From Dehalococcoidia bacterium (GTDB lineage: Bacteria > Chloroflexota > Dehalococcoidia > Lucifugimonadales > G963668185), in contig OY764162.1 of the NCBI GenBank assembly GCA_963668185.1, positions 530,800-594,799 of the forward strand: a DNA stretch of 64,000 nucleotides. Direction: 5' to 3'. The notes beneath the pieces were generated by a model, which ran no database searches, was not told the origin of the DNA, and saw nothing but the letters and a program-made list of their open reading frames with translations. Shown in pieces: positions 44,909 through 55,010 of the stretch (position 1 is its first letter; every line of letters starts with the position of its first letter). Made by a program: the position numbers and the translations under genes.

Positions 44909-46825
44909 CTACAGGTACTCTTTGATGCGGCGGGCGGTCTTCATCGTCAGGCCGGGGACGGCGGCGATGTCCTCCAGGGGCGCGTCCTGGATCGCCTTCA
45001 CGGAGCCGAACCGGCGCAGCAGCATCCGCCGGCGCTTGGGGCCGATGCCGGGCACGAGATCCAGCGATGACTGCACGGTCCGCTTGGAGCGCCGCTCCCG
45101 GTGGAAGGTTATCGCGAACCTGTGCGCCTCGTCCCTCACGCGCTGCATCAGAAACAGGCCCTGCGACGTGCGCGGCAGAACGACCGGCTCCGGCATGTTG
45201 GGGACGAATATCTCCTCGTTCTCCTTGGCGATGCTGGCAAGCGGTATGTAGTCGATGCCGAGGTCCAGCATGACCTGCACCGCCGTACCCAGGTGGCCTT
45301 TGCCGCCGTCGATCAGCACGAGGTCCGGAACGCGTCGCCATGCCTGGGTGGTCGCGGGTTCGTCGCCCTGGGCGTCCGGCTCTCTGCCCTCCGCGGCGAG
45401 GCGCTTGAATCTGCGGGTCAGCATCTCGGCCATCATCGCGTAGTCATCGACGCCTTCGACGCTCTTGATCTTGAACCGGCGGTAGTTCGAGTTGCTCGAC
45501 TTGCCGTCCTGGAACACGACCATCGAGCCCACGGGGTTGCTGCCCTGTATATTGGAGATGTCGTAGCACTCTATCCGGCGCGGCAACCTTGGAAGTCCCA
45601 GCGCCTCCTGCACCTCCTCCATTGCCGAGTCCGGGTTGGCGCCCTCCGCCTGCTTGATCTTGAGCTGCTCGACGCCCTCGGCGGCGTTCTGCGCCACCAT
45701 CTCCAGGAGCTTGCGCTTTTCGCCCCGTTGCGGGACCCGTATCTCCACGCGCCCGCCGCGCTTCTCGCGCAGCCAGTCCACGATTGAGTCCTGGCCCTCG
45801 ATGGCGTGCTGCACTAGGATCAGCCTCGGGACGTACGGGTTGGCGTCGTAGAACTGTTTGACGAAGGCCGTAACCGCCTTCGCCGGATCGTCGTCATCGG
45901 TCCCGGACATGATGAAATGGTCGCGTCCGATGAGCTTCCCCTGCCGTATGAAGAACACTTCCACCCACGTCTCGCCATACGCCGGGGACAGGGCGATGAC
46001 GTCGGTCGTCTCCGAGGTGAGGTGAAACACCTTCTGGCCTTCCAGCACCTTTTCGACGGCCTGGAGCTGGTCGCGAAGCGCCGCGGCGCGCTCGAAGTTG
46101 AGGTCGTCGGCTGCGGCACGCATGTTCCTGTTGAGCCCTCGAACGACCTGGCTGGTCCTGCCCTCTAGGAACAGGACCACCTGCTCGATGATCTCCCGGT
46201 ACTCCTCTTTGCCGATCTCGCCGGTGCAGGGCGCGAGGCACCGCTTGATGTGGTACTCCAGGCACGGCCTTGGATCCGTGCCGGTGATCGCCTTGGTGCA
46301 CGACCGGTAGGGGAACAGGCGCTTGAGCAGGGCGAGCGTGCGCCGCACGCTGCTGGCGCTTGCGAACGGCCCGAAGTACCTGGAGCCGTCCTGGTTGATC
46401 CGCCTCGTGAAATAGACCTGCGGAAAGTCTTCCGTCACGTCAATCTTGATGTACGGGTAGGTCTTGTCGTCCTTGAGGCGGGCGTTGAACGGAGGCTGGT
46501 GCCGCTTGATGAGCGTGTTCTCGAGAATGAGCGCCTCCGACTCCGTGTCCGTGACGACGAACTCGAAGTCGGCCACACGCTCGACCATCCGGCGGATCTT
46601 CGGCTCGAGACCCAGTGGGTTCTGAAAGTAGGAGCGCAGCCGGTTGCGGAGGCTGGCGGCCTTCCCGACGTACAGGACGGCGTCGTCCTTGCCGCGCATC
46701 GTGTACACGCCCGGCCTGGAGGGCGCGGCCTTCAGGCGCTCGGAGAAGTCGGCGCGGCCCCTGGGCGCGGCGCGCTTCTTGCGCCCCTTTGGCGTCGGTT
46801 TGCTACTCGGGGCGGACGTCGTCAC
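44909..46825 (-). CDS. uvrC: Excinuclease ABC subunit C
   Basis: GIY-YIG N-terminus (PGVYTMRGKDDAVLYVGKA...LRNRLRSYF), UvrBC domain, and C-terminal (HhH)2. 638 aa. Confidence 0.95.
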   Translation of the reverse strand: MTTSAPSSKPTPKGRKKRAAPRGRADFSERLKAAPSRPGVYTMRGKDDAVLYVGKAASLRNRLRSYFQNPLGLEPKIRRMVERVADFEFVVTDTESEALILENTLIKRHQPPFNARLKDDKTYPYIKIDVTEDFPQVYFTRRINQDGSRYFGPFASASSVRRTLALLKRLFPYRSCTKAITGTDPRPCLEYHIKRCLAPCTGEIGKEEYREIIEQVVLFLEGRTSQVVRGLNRNMRAAADDLNFERAAALRDQLQAVEKVLEGQKVFHLTSETTDVIALSPAYGETWVEVFFIRQGKLIGRDHFIMSGTDDDDPAKAVTAFVKQFYDANPYVPRLILVQHAIEGQDSIVDWLREKRGGRVEIRVPQRGEKRKLLEMVAQNAAEGVEQLKIKQAEGANPDSAMEEVQEALGLPRLPRRIECYDISNIQGSNPVGSMVVFQDGKSSNSNYRRFKIKSVEGVDDYAMMAEMLTRRFKRLAAEGREPDAQGDEPATTQAWRRVPDLVLIDGGKGHLGTAVQVMLDLGIDYIPLASIAKENEEIFVPNMPEPVVLPRTSQGLFLMQRVRDEAHRFAITFHRERRSKRTVQSSLDLVPGIGPKRRRMLLRRFGSVKAIQDAPLEDIAAVPGLTMKTARRIKEYL

Positions 46826-47184
46826 CGTAGAACAAACGACAGAACGACCAGCACGGACACCAGGAGCGTGATCAGAACGCCGATCCGCCTCAACTCCGAG
46901 CCGAGGTGCCTGTAGGCCGGCTCCGGCTGAGCGGCGGCGCGGCGCGAGCTTCGTCGCCTCGCCGGCGCCTGGGGCTCCGCCGGCTGCGCGACCGCGGCGG
47001 CCGGCGCGCGGGCGGGTCGGGGAGCCGGGGTCGATACCTGCACCTGCGCCGCCTCCGCGCTTTCCGTGGGGGCGACAGCGGCCGAGGCCTGCGGAGGGGC
47101 TGGGCGCTCCCTGCTCTTAGTGCGCCTCTTCCTGCGGTTCAGCCTGGCCTGCCTGGATGCGGCCCTTCGGGACTTGCTGGGCAT
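46822..47184 (-). CDS. Hypothetical small basic protein with C-terminal TM anchor
   Basis: It fills the xer-uvrC gap on the same strand and overlaps uvrC by 4 nt. A Lys/Arg-rich N-terminus and an Ala/Pro-rich linker precede a single C-terminal hydrophobic helix (IGVLITLLVSVLVVLSFVL). It could still be a GC-driven artefact. Confidence 0.4.
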   Translation of the reverse strand: MPSKSRRAASRQARLNRRKRRTKSRERPAPPQASAAVAPTESAEAAQVQVSTPAPRPARAPAAAVAQPAEPQAPARRRSSRRAAAQPEPAYRHLGSELRRIGVLITLLVSVLVVLSFVLR

Positions 47185-47265
47185 TTCAACACCTGCCTTC
47201 TGCGTGGCCGAAGCCGTCGGGCGCCAAGAGCGCGGTCTGCGTTGTCGTGGCCCCGCGGCCTTCGG

Positions 47266-48162
47266 TCAGGCTCGAGGATGCGCCCGGTCGTACTCGTTCC
47301 TGACGTGTTCCGTGGTGAGGTGAGTATAGACCTGCGTAGTCGTAATGCTAGCATGACCCAGCAGTTCTTGAACATGGCGCAGCGGCGCCCCGCCGTGCAA
47401 CAGGTGTGTGGCGAAGCTGTGCCGCAGCGTGTGAGGCGTCAGGGCGCCGTTGATGCCTGCCTGCTGCGCGTGCTTCTTGAGGATCAGCCAGAACCCCTGC
47501 CTTGTGAGGCGCTTTCCCTTGCGGTTCAGGAACACCGCCTGCTCGTCCTCCGCGCCGTTCAGCTCCGGCCTTGCCGCCTCCATGTACTCGCTGAGCACGT
47601 CTATTGCCGCGCCGTGGAGAGGGACGAGGCGCTCCTTCGCTCCCTTGCCGAACACCCTCACGAAGCCCTGTTCGAGGTCCAGATCCTCTTTGTCGAGCTG
47701 CACCAACTCGCTGACTCTCATGCCCGTCGCGTACATGAGCTCCACCATCGCGTGGTCGCGCCTCGAGTCCACGGAATCACCGTCCGACACTTCGTCCAGC
47801 AGCCGGTCCACGTCTTCCATGTCAATCGTCTTGGGCAGAGCGCGTCCCGTTCGCGGAGCGGCCAGGTTCTCCGTTGGGTTCTTCTCGACCACTCCGTCTT
47901 CCAGGAAGAAGGCGAACATCGACTTCGAGGCGGCGAGCTTGCGCGCCTTCGTGGCGTCGGAGTAGCCGAGTTCGTGCAGCTTCATCGCATAGTCCATCAG
48001 GCGCCGTTCGTCGACATCCCTCCACGCCGCGCCGTTCCCGTCTTCCTCGAGGTACTCGGTAAGCTGGCGGAGATCGTTTCTGTACGCGGCGAGAGTGTGC
48101 GTGGAGACGCCGCGCTCCACGGCCATGAAGTCCAGGAAACTTTCCACGTGCGTCCAAAGCAT
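47266..48162 (-). CDS. Tyrosine recombinase, XerC/XerD family
   Basis: N-terminal SAM-like domain (FLDFMAVERGVSTHTLAAYRNDL) and catalytic motifs ...R..., HTLRHSFATHLL and LLGHASITTTQVYTH. Confidence 0.9.
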   Translation of the reverse strand: MLWTHVESFLDFMAVERGVSTHTLAAYRNDLRQLTEYLEEDGNGAAWRDVDERRLMDYAMKLHELGYSDATKARKLAASKSMFAFFLEDGVVEKNPTENLAAPRTGRALPKTIDMEDVDRLLDEVSDGDSVDSRRDHAMVELMYATGMRVSELVQLDKEDLDLEQGFVRVFGKGAKERLVPLHGAAIDVLSEYMEAARPELNGAEDEQAVFLNRKGKRLTRQGFWLILKKHAQQAGINGALTPHTLRHSFATHLLHGGAPLRHVQELLGHASITTTQVYTHLTTEHVRNEYDRAHPRA

Positions 48163-48366
48163 TCAGGGCACCTCGTTCATTGATGCAGTAGAGGATCCAG
48201 CTTAGTTGGGGCATACCGCGCCATGATTGGCGGATTCAGTCCTCTTTCCGTCGCGTTTCGAGCCTGTCGAGGCCCGGTCCGAATGGGCGATTGAACTCAC
48301 GCGCCACCGGCCCGGCGCGTTATACTGCTGAGGAGTACCGTTTCATACGTTTGCCGGAAGTGACGA

Positions 48367-49296
48367 ATGATCGAAATCGACGTTAGCCCGAACCTGTTTT
48401 CGGGCGCTGTGATTCTCAGTTGGCACGGCGTGTTCGCCTTCGCGGCCGTGGCGACCGCCGTGTTTCTCGTGGGGCGTTGGGCCAGGCTGGTGAGGGTTGA
48501 ACCCGACGCCGTTTACTCGATTGCCGTCTGGGCGGTTTCAGGAGGAGTCATCGGCGCGCGATTCTTCCACGTTGTGGACAGGTGGGACCTGTACAGCAAC
48601 ACGCCATGGGAAGCCCTGGCATTCTGGCAACCCGGCATCGCCGTCTGGGGCGGGGTGCTCGGGGGGTTTGCCGGAGGCGTCATTGCGGCAGTGGTACTCG
48701 AGTGGCTGCGCAAGCGGCGCTGGGCAAAGGAGCAGGCCGATCTGCCGGAGGACCGGCGCGCGCCGTACGAGCCTGCTTACCCGATCGGCAAAATCGCGGA
48801 CATTACGGCGCCGGCCATGCTGTTCGTCCTGGCGGTGGGCAGGCTGGGGGACATCGTCAACGGCGAGCACTGCTCCAGGGGCACCGACTTCTTCCTGGGC
48901 TTCGTCTGGACGGCCCCCGATACGATTGCCAGAAACTGCGCCAGCGGATTCGGGACGGCGGCGCAGCCGTCAATCGCGTATGAGATGCTGCTGTCGTTCG
49001 GCGCATTATGGATCGTGTGGAAGCTGAGGGCGCGGCTGCGGCCCGACGGTATGCTGTTCGCGCTGTTCCTGGGGCTGTACTCCCTCATCCGCTTCGTAAC
49101 GATGTACCTCAGGGAAGAGAAGATCTGGGTCGCAGGCATGTCGGAGGCCCAGTTGGTTGCCCTGGGCGTCTTGGTGATCGTCGGAGTCCTTCTGCTGGTC
49201 AGGGCGCGCTTCACGGAGCGGCTGGAGTTGGAGCCGTTGCCTGCCGTTGAGCGCGGCTCGCGGGCGCAGCGCCGCCGCAGACGCCGGGGAGCGTAG
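48367..49296 (+). CDS. lgt: Prolipoprotein diacylglyceryl transferase
   Basis: A multi-TM protein with the Lgt signature GRLGDIVNGEH and a basic C-terminal tail. Confidence 0.8.
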   Translation: MIEIDVSPNLFSGAVILSWHGVFAFAAVATAVFLVGRWARLVRVEPDAVYSIAVWAVSGGVIGARFFHVVDRWDLYSNTPWEALAFWQPGIAVWGGVLGGFAGGVIAAVVLEWLRKRRWAKEQADLPEDRRAPYEPAYPIGKIADITAPAMLFVLAVGRLGDIVNGEHCSRGTDFFLGFVWTAPDTIARNCASGFGTAAQPSIAYEMLLSFGALWIVWKLRARLRPDGMLFALFLGLYSLIRFVTMYLREEKIWVAGMSEAQLVALGVLVIVGVLLLVRARFTERLELEPLPAVERGSRAQRRRRRRGA

Positions 49297-49343
49297 CCGC
49301 AGCGGTCCCCCATCCTGGCCCTTCGAGGGACTCAGGACAGGCT

Positions 49344-49365
49344 CTTCTCCAGCAAACTGGGGAAG
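49344..49365. terminator. Hairpin CTTCTCCAG-CAAA-CTGGGGAAG between convergent lgt and recJ
   Basis: A 9-bp stem with one G.U pair. It belongs to the same CCCCAG-N4-CTGGGGAAGG hairpin family seen at 41850 and 63776, all at gene 3' ends. Confidence 0.35.
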
Positions 49366-49397
49366 GGACAATAGAAATGCCGCCTGAAGGCAGTGGA

Positions 49398-51122
49398 CTA
49401 CTCTTTCTGACCGCTGGGCGCGAAGTCCTGCACGGTTAGCTGGACTCTCCTGCGTCCACGCCACTCGTCAATCGTCGGCGAGTACACGACGTCGATCCGC
49501 CCGTATGCCTCCTGAAGCCGATCTCCCATCCTGAACGCGATCGCGTCTAGTAGCGCGCCGCCCTCGAACAGCGCCAGCTTCAGATGGCGACCGTCTTTTC
49601 CGACGCGCCTCGCCTCCGCCACGCTGACGCCCCTAGCGACGAAGACGGGCCTGGGATTGTCCTGGCCGAACGGCGACAGAGACTCTACGAACTGCACGGC
49701 GCTCTCAGAGGCGGCGGAGAGCGGCAGCTCGCAGTCGATTTCCAGCGTGGGCGTCAACGTCGAAGGGTCTATCCTGGCGGCGGCATAGTCATGCAGTCTC
49801 CGCTCGATCTCAGGGAGATCTGAGGTCCTGGCGGTGAACCCGGCCGCAAGCGCGTGACCTCCATGCCGTATCAGCAGGTCCTCGCACAACCGCAGCGCCC
49901 CCACTATGTTCACCTCCGGGATGCTTCGGGCGCTCGCCCGGCTGACCTCTGGCCCTTGTGACATGACTATTGCCGGCCGCACGTGCTCGTCGCTGAGTTG
50001 CCCGGCCATCGGGCCCAGGATGCCGGGGTGCCAGTCCGGGTGACCCACGACGATGATCGGCGGGACTCCGCCCGGGAAGCGCGTCTGCTCCTCAGCGAGC
50101 GACATCGCTTCGTCCGTCAGGGACCTCCGTTGCTGGTTCAGATGCTCCAGTTCGGCGGCAAGCTGTTGCGCCTCGGCTGGGCTGGTTGTCGTCAAGAGAT
50201 CGAGGCTGGTCTTGGGCGTTCCTATCCTGCCTGCGGCGTTCAGTCTCGGAATGAGCGAGAAGGCCAGGTCAACCTCATCCAGCGTCCCCCGCGATACCCT
50301 TGCCGACTCCATCAGCGCCCTCAGGCCGGTGTTCCCGGTCCGGTTCAATTGCCTGAGGCCCCGTGACACGAAGTAGCGGTTCTCTCCCTCCATCGGCCCC
50401 ACGTCGGCCACCGTTCCGAGCGCTACCAGCTCCAGCAGGTGCTCGGGGCGACGAAGGCCCCGGCTCTCGAACATCGCGGCGACCAGCTTGTATGCCATGC
50501 CGGCCCCGGTCAGGTCTTTGAAGGGGTACTTCGATCCCGGCATCCCTGCGTGTACGACGGCGCAGGCGGCGGGAAGCAGGGCCTCGGGCGAATGGTGGTC
50601 GGTGACTATGGTGTCGATGCCGAGCTGCGAGGCGAGACCTACCTCGTCCAGGTCGGTTACGCCGCAGTCCACGGTGACGCAGACCGTCGCGCCCGCGTCG
50701 GCTAGCTCTCGTACCGCGTCCGCATTCAGGCCGTGGCCTTCGGCCTCTCGGTCCGGCAGGTAGGGGATCGTGCGTCCGCCCAACTCCTGCAGGCCGAGCA
50801 CAAGGACCGCCGTGCCGCTGATGCCGTCCACGTCGAAGTCGCCGTAAACGCCGATCGTTTCGCCCGCGCGAATGGCCGCCTCCAGCCGTCGCACGGCTTG
50901 GGCCATGCCTGGAATCAGTCCAGGGTCATGCTCCAAGTGTGGGCCGACTTCTAGGAATGCCCGGGCCTCCTCAGGCGTGCGGACGCCCCGGTTGTACAGA
51001 AGGCGCGCATGGAGCGAGGGCAGGTCCAGCCGGTCGGCGAGCCCAGCCGGCGGGGGAGGGGCAATGCGCCATGTCTTCGAGGGCCTGGTCGAGGAAGGGT
51101 AGGGCGTGCCGGCCGAGGTCAA
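49398..51122 (-). CDS. recJ: Single-stranded-DNA-specific exonuclease RecJ
   Basis: DHH motifs (GDFDVDGISG, VTVDCG, VTDHH) and a DHHA1 region. The track start 51170 (TTG) would overlap fabF by 47 nt. I prefer TTG 51122, 2 nt after the fabF stop with AAGGA upstream, but the start is uncertain. Confidence 0.85.
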   Translation of the reverse strand: MTSAGTPYPSSTRPSKTWRIAPPPPAGLADRLDLPSLHARLLYNRGVRTPEEARAFLEVGPHLEHDPGLIPGMAQAVRRLEAAIRAGETIGVYGDFDVDGISGTAVLVLGLQELGGRTIPYLPDREAEGHGLNADAVRELADAGATVCVTVDCGVTDLDEVGLASQLGIDTIVTDHHSPEALLPAACAVVHAGMPGSKYPFKDLTGAGMAYKLVAAMFESRGLRRPEHLLELVALGTVADVGPMEGENRYFVSRGLRQLNRTGNTGLRALMESARVSRGTLDEVDLAFSLIPRLNAAGRIGTPKTSLDLLTTTSPAEAQQLAAELEHLNQQRRSLTDEAMSLAEEQTRFPGGVPPIIVVGHPDWHPGILGPMAGQLSDEHVRPAIVMSQGPEVSRASARSIPEVNIVGALRLCEDLLIRHGGHALAAGFTARTSDLPEIERRLHDYAAARIDPSTLTPTLEIDCELPLSAASESAVQFVESLSPFGQDNPRPVFVARGVSVAEARRVGKDGRHLKLALFEGGALLDAIAFRMGDRLQEAYGRIDVVYSPTIDEWRGRRRVQLTVQDFAPSGQKE

Positions 51123-51123
51123 G

Positions 51124-52362
51124 TCAGTCCTTGAACTCTTGGAAGACCAGCGACGCGTTGTGGCCGCCAAAGCCGAACGAGTTGCTCATCACCGTGCTTA
51201 CCTTGCCGCGCCGCGCCGTGTGCGGCACGTAGTCGAGGTCGCACGCCGGGTCCGGGGTCTCCAGGTTGATGGTCGGCGGCATGACGTCGTCCGCTATGGA
51301 AAGCACGCTCACCGCCGCCTCGATCGCTCCGCTCGCGCCGAGCAGGTGCCCGGTCATCGACTTCGTGGACGAGATCGGTATCCTGTAAGCCTCCTCTTCG
51401 AAGACCGACTTGATGGCCATGGTCTCGTACTCGTCGTTCAGAGGCGTGGATGTCCCGTGAGCGTTGATGTAGTCGACTTCGTCCGGGTTTATCCCGGCGT
51501 CTTTGAGCGCCAGCTTCATTGCTCGCGCGCCGCCTTCGCCCTCCGGCGCGGGTTGGGTGACGTGGTGGGCGTCGGCTGTGGAGCCGTAGCCGACCATCTC
51601 GGCGATCGGCGTCGCGCCCCGTCTCTCGGCGTGCTCCAGCGACTCCAGCACCAGGACAGCCGCGCCTTCGCCCATCACGAACCCGTCGCGCTCCGCGTCG
51701 AACGGACGGGAGGCGCGCTGAGGATCGTCGTTTCGCTTCGAAAGCGCGCGGCACGCGTTGAATCCGGCCACGCCAATGGGGCAAATCGCCGCTTCGGACC
51801 CTCCGGTGACGGCGGCGTCCACGTCGCCCCGGCGTATGTACTGGAACGCCACGCCTATGGAGTCAGCGCCGCTGGAGCAGGCCGAGACGGTGGAGAAGTT
51901 CGGCCCCTTCGCGCCAAGCGCCATCGAGACCTGGCCGGACGCCATGTCCGGCAGCATCATCGGCACGAAGAACGGGCTGATCCGGTTGGGGCCGGACTTC
52001 TGCAGAACGCCCAGTTGGTCGGACAGCGTAATAAGCCCTCCGATGCCGCTTGCGACCATTGAGGACACCCTGTGCGAGTTCGTCCCGTTGATGCTCAGCC
52101 CCGCGTGCGCCTGCGCCTCGAGCGCCGCCGCGACGGCCAACTGCACGAACCGGTCCATCCGCCTGGCTTCCTTGCGGCCCAGAAGCGACTCCGGTTCGAA
52201 GCCTTTGACTTCTGCCGCGATAGTCGTCGCGTACCCGTCCGTATCGAATGACGTGATCTGGTCCACGCCGGACCTGCCTTCCACCAGCCCATCCCAGGTG
52301 GACTCCCGGTCCAGCCCAAGCGGGCTGACGACGCCGACACCGGTTACGACTACACGGTTCAT
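51124..52362 (-). CDS. fabF: Beta-ketoacyl-ACP synthase II
   Basis: MNRVVVTGVGVVSPLG; active-site context SACSSGA; HGTSTPLND; SFGFGGHNA. Confidence 0.9.
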   Translation of the reverse strand: MNRVVVTGVGVVSPLGLDRESTWDGLVEGRSGVDQITSFDTDGYATTIAAEVKGFEPESLLGRKEARRMDRFVQLAVAAALEAQAHAGLSINGTNSHRVSSMVASGIGGLITLSDQLGVLQKSGPNRISPFFVPMMLPDMASGQVSMALGAKGPNFSTVSACSSGADSIGVAFQYIRRGDVDAAVTGGSEAAICPIGVAGFNACRALSKRNDDPQRASRPFDAERDGFVMGEGAAVLVLESLEHAERRGATPIAEMVGYGSTADAHHVTQPAPEGEGGARAMKLALKDAGINPDEVDYINAHGTSTPLNDEYETMAIKSVFEEEAYRIPISSTKSMTGHLLGASGAIEAAVSVLSIADDVMPPTINLETPDPACDLDYVPHTARRGKVSTVMSNSFGFGGHNASLVFQEFKD

Positions 52363-52517
52363 GTGCGTTGGACTCCAGGCTCCTTTACCGCCGAAAGGGA
52401 CGATTATGAAACAGCCCGCCGAATCTCATCATCGACCGGCCGCCCCTTCAGGCGGCGTCAAGGATACCACAAGGCTGTTCAGCCGCCGCAGTTCCTCATC
52501 CTGCTAGAATCCTGTCC

Positions 52518-53879
52518 ATGATTGGCGTACCAAACGCAGCTATTGCGAGCGACGGGCCTCGCGTGGTCATCGAGACGCACGGCTGCAAGCTCAACCAAGC
52601 CGACTCAACGCAAATCGCCTGGGAGTTCGTGGAGTCAGGATTCCGAGTCGTAAGCACGGATGACCCCGCCGACGTGTACGTGGTGAACACGTGCACGGTG
52701 ACCCACGTGGCGGACCGCAAGGCGCGGCAGGCCCTGCGCGCCGCCCGCCGCAGGAACCCCGACGCCGTCGTGGTGGCCGCGGGCTGCTATGTCGAGCGCG
52801 CGCCGGAAGTGCTCGACGGCCTGGATGAAGTGGACATGGTTGTCGGCAACACCGACAAGCCTGATCTGGTGCGCCGCGTCCTGGAGTGGCGGGGCGATTC
52901 GCCGGTCCCGTGCGCCGTGGGCGCCGAGCCGGATGGCTACAATCCCCGCGTACTTCGCACACGCGGCATGGTCAAAATCCAGCACGGCTGCGACCAGGTT
53001 TGCGCATACTGCATCGTCCCCAGGGTGCGGGGCAGGGAGCGGAGCGTACCGCCTCCCGAGGTGGTGGCCCAGGTTCGCCGCTACCTAGATCTTGGCTACA
53101 AAGAGATCGTGCTGACGGGCACGCAGCTTGGCAGCTACGGCTTCGACCTCGAAGGCGAAACCCTCGCCGGCCTGATCGAGCGCGTGCTGACCCACACGGC
53201 GGTGCCGCGCCTCCGCGTTTCGTCGCTCCAGCCGCAGGAGATAGACGTGCGGCTGCTGGACCTATGGCCCGATGCGCGGCTGTGCCCTCACTTCCACATG
53301 CCGCTCCAGAGCGCCGCTCCCGCCGTGCTCAAGCGAATGCGGCGCAGGTACACGCCCGAACGATATGCCGAGGCGGTGGAAGACATTCGCACCCGTGTTC
53401 GAGGCAGCTCAGTTACGGCGGACGTGATAGCGGGCTTTCCCGGGGAGACCAAGGAAGACTTCGAAGCCACGTATCGCTTCTGCGAGCGTATGGGATTCGC
53501 GTCCATGCACGTGTTCCCGTATTCGACCCGTCCCGGTACGAGCGCCGCGCACTTCAAGGACCACGTCGAGCCCCGGGTCAAGGCCGAGCGAGTCGCGAGG
53601 CTGCTCTGGCTGGCTGAGACTTCGTCGGCTAGATTCAGGCGCGGCCAACTTGGCCGCACAAGGCCGGTTCTGTGGGAAAGCAGGCGCGAGGGCAACGCCG
53701 GCGGCAGCGAGTACCTCGGCCTGACCGACAACTACGTCCGCGTGATTGCCGCCTCCGATCGTGACCTCACAAACACTATCGCCGACGCTAGGCTTCTGCG
53801 GCTTGAAGGCGATCTCGTACGCGCGCGATGCGCTGCGCTGCCAGCCGCGTCGCTCGAAACTGCCGAAGCCTCCGACTAG
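52518..53879 (+). CDS. mtaB: Radical SAM methylthiotransferase, MiaB-like (MtaB type)
   Basis: UPF0004 N-domain (IETHGCKLNQ...VNTCTVT), radical-SAM CxxxCxxC (GCDQVCAYCIVP), and a C-terminal TRAM-like region. Confidence 0.75.
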   Translation: MIGVPNAAIASDGPRVVIETHGCKLNQADSTQIAWEFVESGFRVVSTDDPADVYVVNTCTVTHVADRKARQALRAARRRNPDAVVVAAGCYVERAPEVLDGLDEVDMVVGNTDKPDLVRRVLEWRGDSPVPCAVGAEPDGYNPRVLRTRGMVKIQHGCDQVCAYCIVPRVRGRERSVPPPEVVAQVRRYLDLGYKEIVLTGTQLGSYGFDLEGETLAGLIERVLTHTAVPRLRVSSLQPQEIDVRLLDLWPDARLCPHFHMPLQSAAPAVLKRMRRRYTPERYAEAVEDIRTRVRGSSVTADVIAGFPGETKEDFEATYRFCERMGFASMHVFPYSTRPGTSAAHFKDHVEPRVKAERVARLLWLAETSSARFRRGQLGRTRPVLWESRREGNAGGSEYLGLTDNYVRVIAASDRDLTNTIADARLLRLEGDLVRARCAALPAASLETAEASD

Positions 53880-54712
53880 AGCGCGACTGGAAGCAGCTTA
53901 GCCCTTCCGTTCGTCTGCTCCAGGTAGCCCGCGTGGCAATCCAGCCCGTGCCCGAACACCAGTAGCCAGCCGTAATCGATCGCAGTCCTGATCAAGTCCC
54001 GTTTCTTCACCAGCGTGTCATTCGGGTCCTGGTCGGTCGCCGCAATGTACGTCAGATCCAGGTGGTGCGGCGTCGGAATGAGGTCGCCCGCGTAGGCGAT
54101 CCGCTCCGCGCTGGACTCGATGTACACCATCTGGTTGCCACGCATGTGGCCGCCCGCGACCCGCACCACGATGCCGGGCGCGATCTCTGTCTCGCCGTCC
54201 AGCAGCGTGATCATGCCCTTCTCTTCCAGCGGCAAGAAGTCGTCCTCGTGCAGCGCGTCCAGCTCACGTTCGTTGGGGTTGTTCGCCGCTTCCCAGCACT
54301 CGCGTTGCACCATATACTCGGCCTTGGGGAAGACCGGCACCGCCGTCCCCATCCTGTCCAGCTTGGTGCAGCCGCCCGCATGATCGAAGTGCAGGTGCGT
54401 CAGAACAACCTTGTCAATGTCTCTGGCCGTCAGGTTGATCGCCTTCAGATTCTTGAGGAGCTTGTTACCCTTGAGCAGGAACTTATCCTTGAGCTTGTCA
54501 GCCCGTTTGGATCCCGCGCCCGCGTCGATGAGAATGTTCGACGTCGGAGTCCTGATGACAAGGCAGTTCATCGAGAGCCGCACCCTGTTCCTGCGGTCCG
54601 GCTTTGAAAATTGCTCCCATTCTGCCTTTGGTATCTGTCCGAATACTGCCCCTCCGTCCATCATGTAAGTGCCGTCGCTCACAACGTCAACGGAAATGTT
54701 TCCAACTTTCAT
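53876..54712 (-). CDS. MBL-fold metallo-hydrolase
   Basis: HxHxDH motif (THLHFDHAGG). I chose ATG 54712 over the track start 54772. Its stop overlaps the mtaB stop within a CTAG. Confidence 0.75.
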   Translation of the reverse strand: MKVGNISVDVVSDGTYMMDGGAVFGQIPKAEWEQFSKPDRRNRVRLSMNCLVIRTPTSNILIDAGAGSKRADKLKDKFLLKGNKLLKNLKAINLTARDIDKVVLTHLHFDHAGGCTKLDRMGTAVPVFPKAEYMVQRECWEAANNPNERELDALHEDDFLPLEEKGMITLLDGETEIAPGIVVRVAGGHMRGNQMVYIESSAERIAYAGDLIPTPHHLDLTYIAATDQDPNDTLVKKRDLIRTAIDYGWLLVFGHGLDCHAGYLEQTNGRAKLLPVAL

Positions 54713-55010
54713 ACAAAAGACCCTTCGAAAAGAGGTATCGCCAGTGGTCGGACTCTGCACGCGAGAGTCCAAGGTGGCTGGGGGGCAAGGTGCCGGTGAA
54801 ATCCCGGACCTGTCAGGGAGAACCGTCTTCTGCGCCCCGCAGCATAGACACTAATTCGCGTTTGCGAAATGACGCAAGGCGTTCTTGTGCCCCTTTTGGC
54901 TGAGTCTTAGACTTGTCCAAGCCCTGGACGGCGTTATCCGGCAGCCATGGGCAACTGCCGGACTATGTTGACAGCCCGGTGTGCAGGCAGTACGGGGTAG
55001 GGGAGGTTGC

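Noticed and set aside
51123-51170. A 47-nt overlap between recJ (track start 51170) and the 3' end of fabF.
   Set aside because: This is probably an artefact of taking the longest ORF. An in-frame TTG at 51122 lies immediately after the fabF stop and has an AAGGA upstream, which gives a normal RecJ N-terminus.
53876-53879. Convergent mtaB and MBL-hydrolase genes sharing overlapping stop codons in a CTAG tetranucleotide, and a 15-nt convergent overlap of the SBP pseudogene with the crotonase gene at 12762-12776.
   Set aside because: The overlaps are real in the sequence but are a common consequence of compact genomes. No further functional inference is justified.
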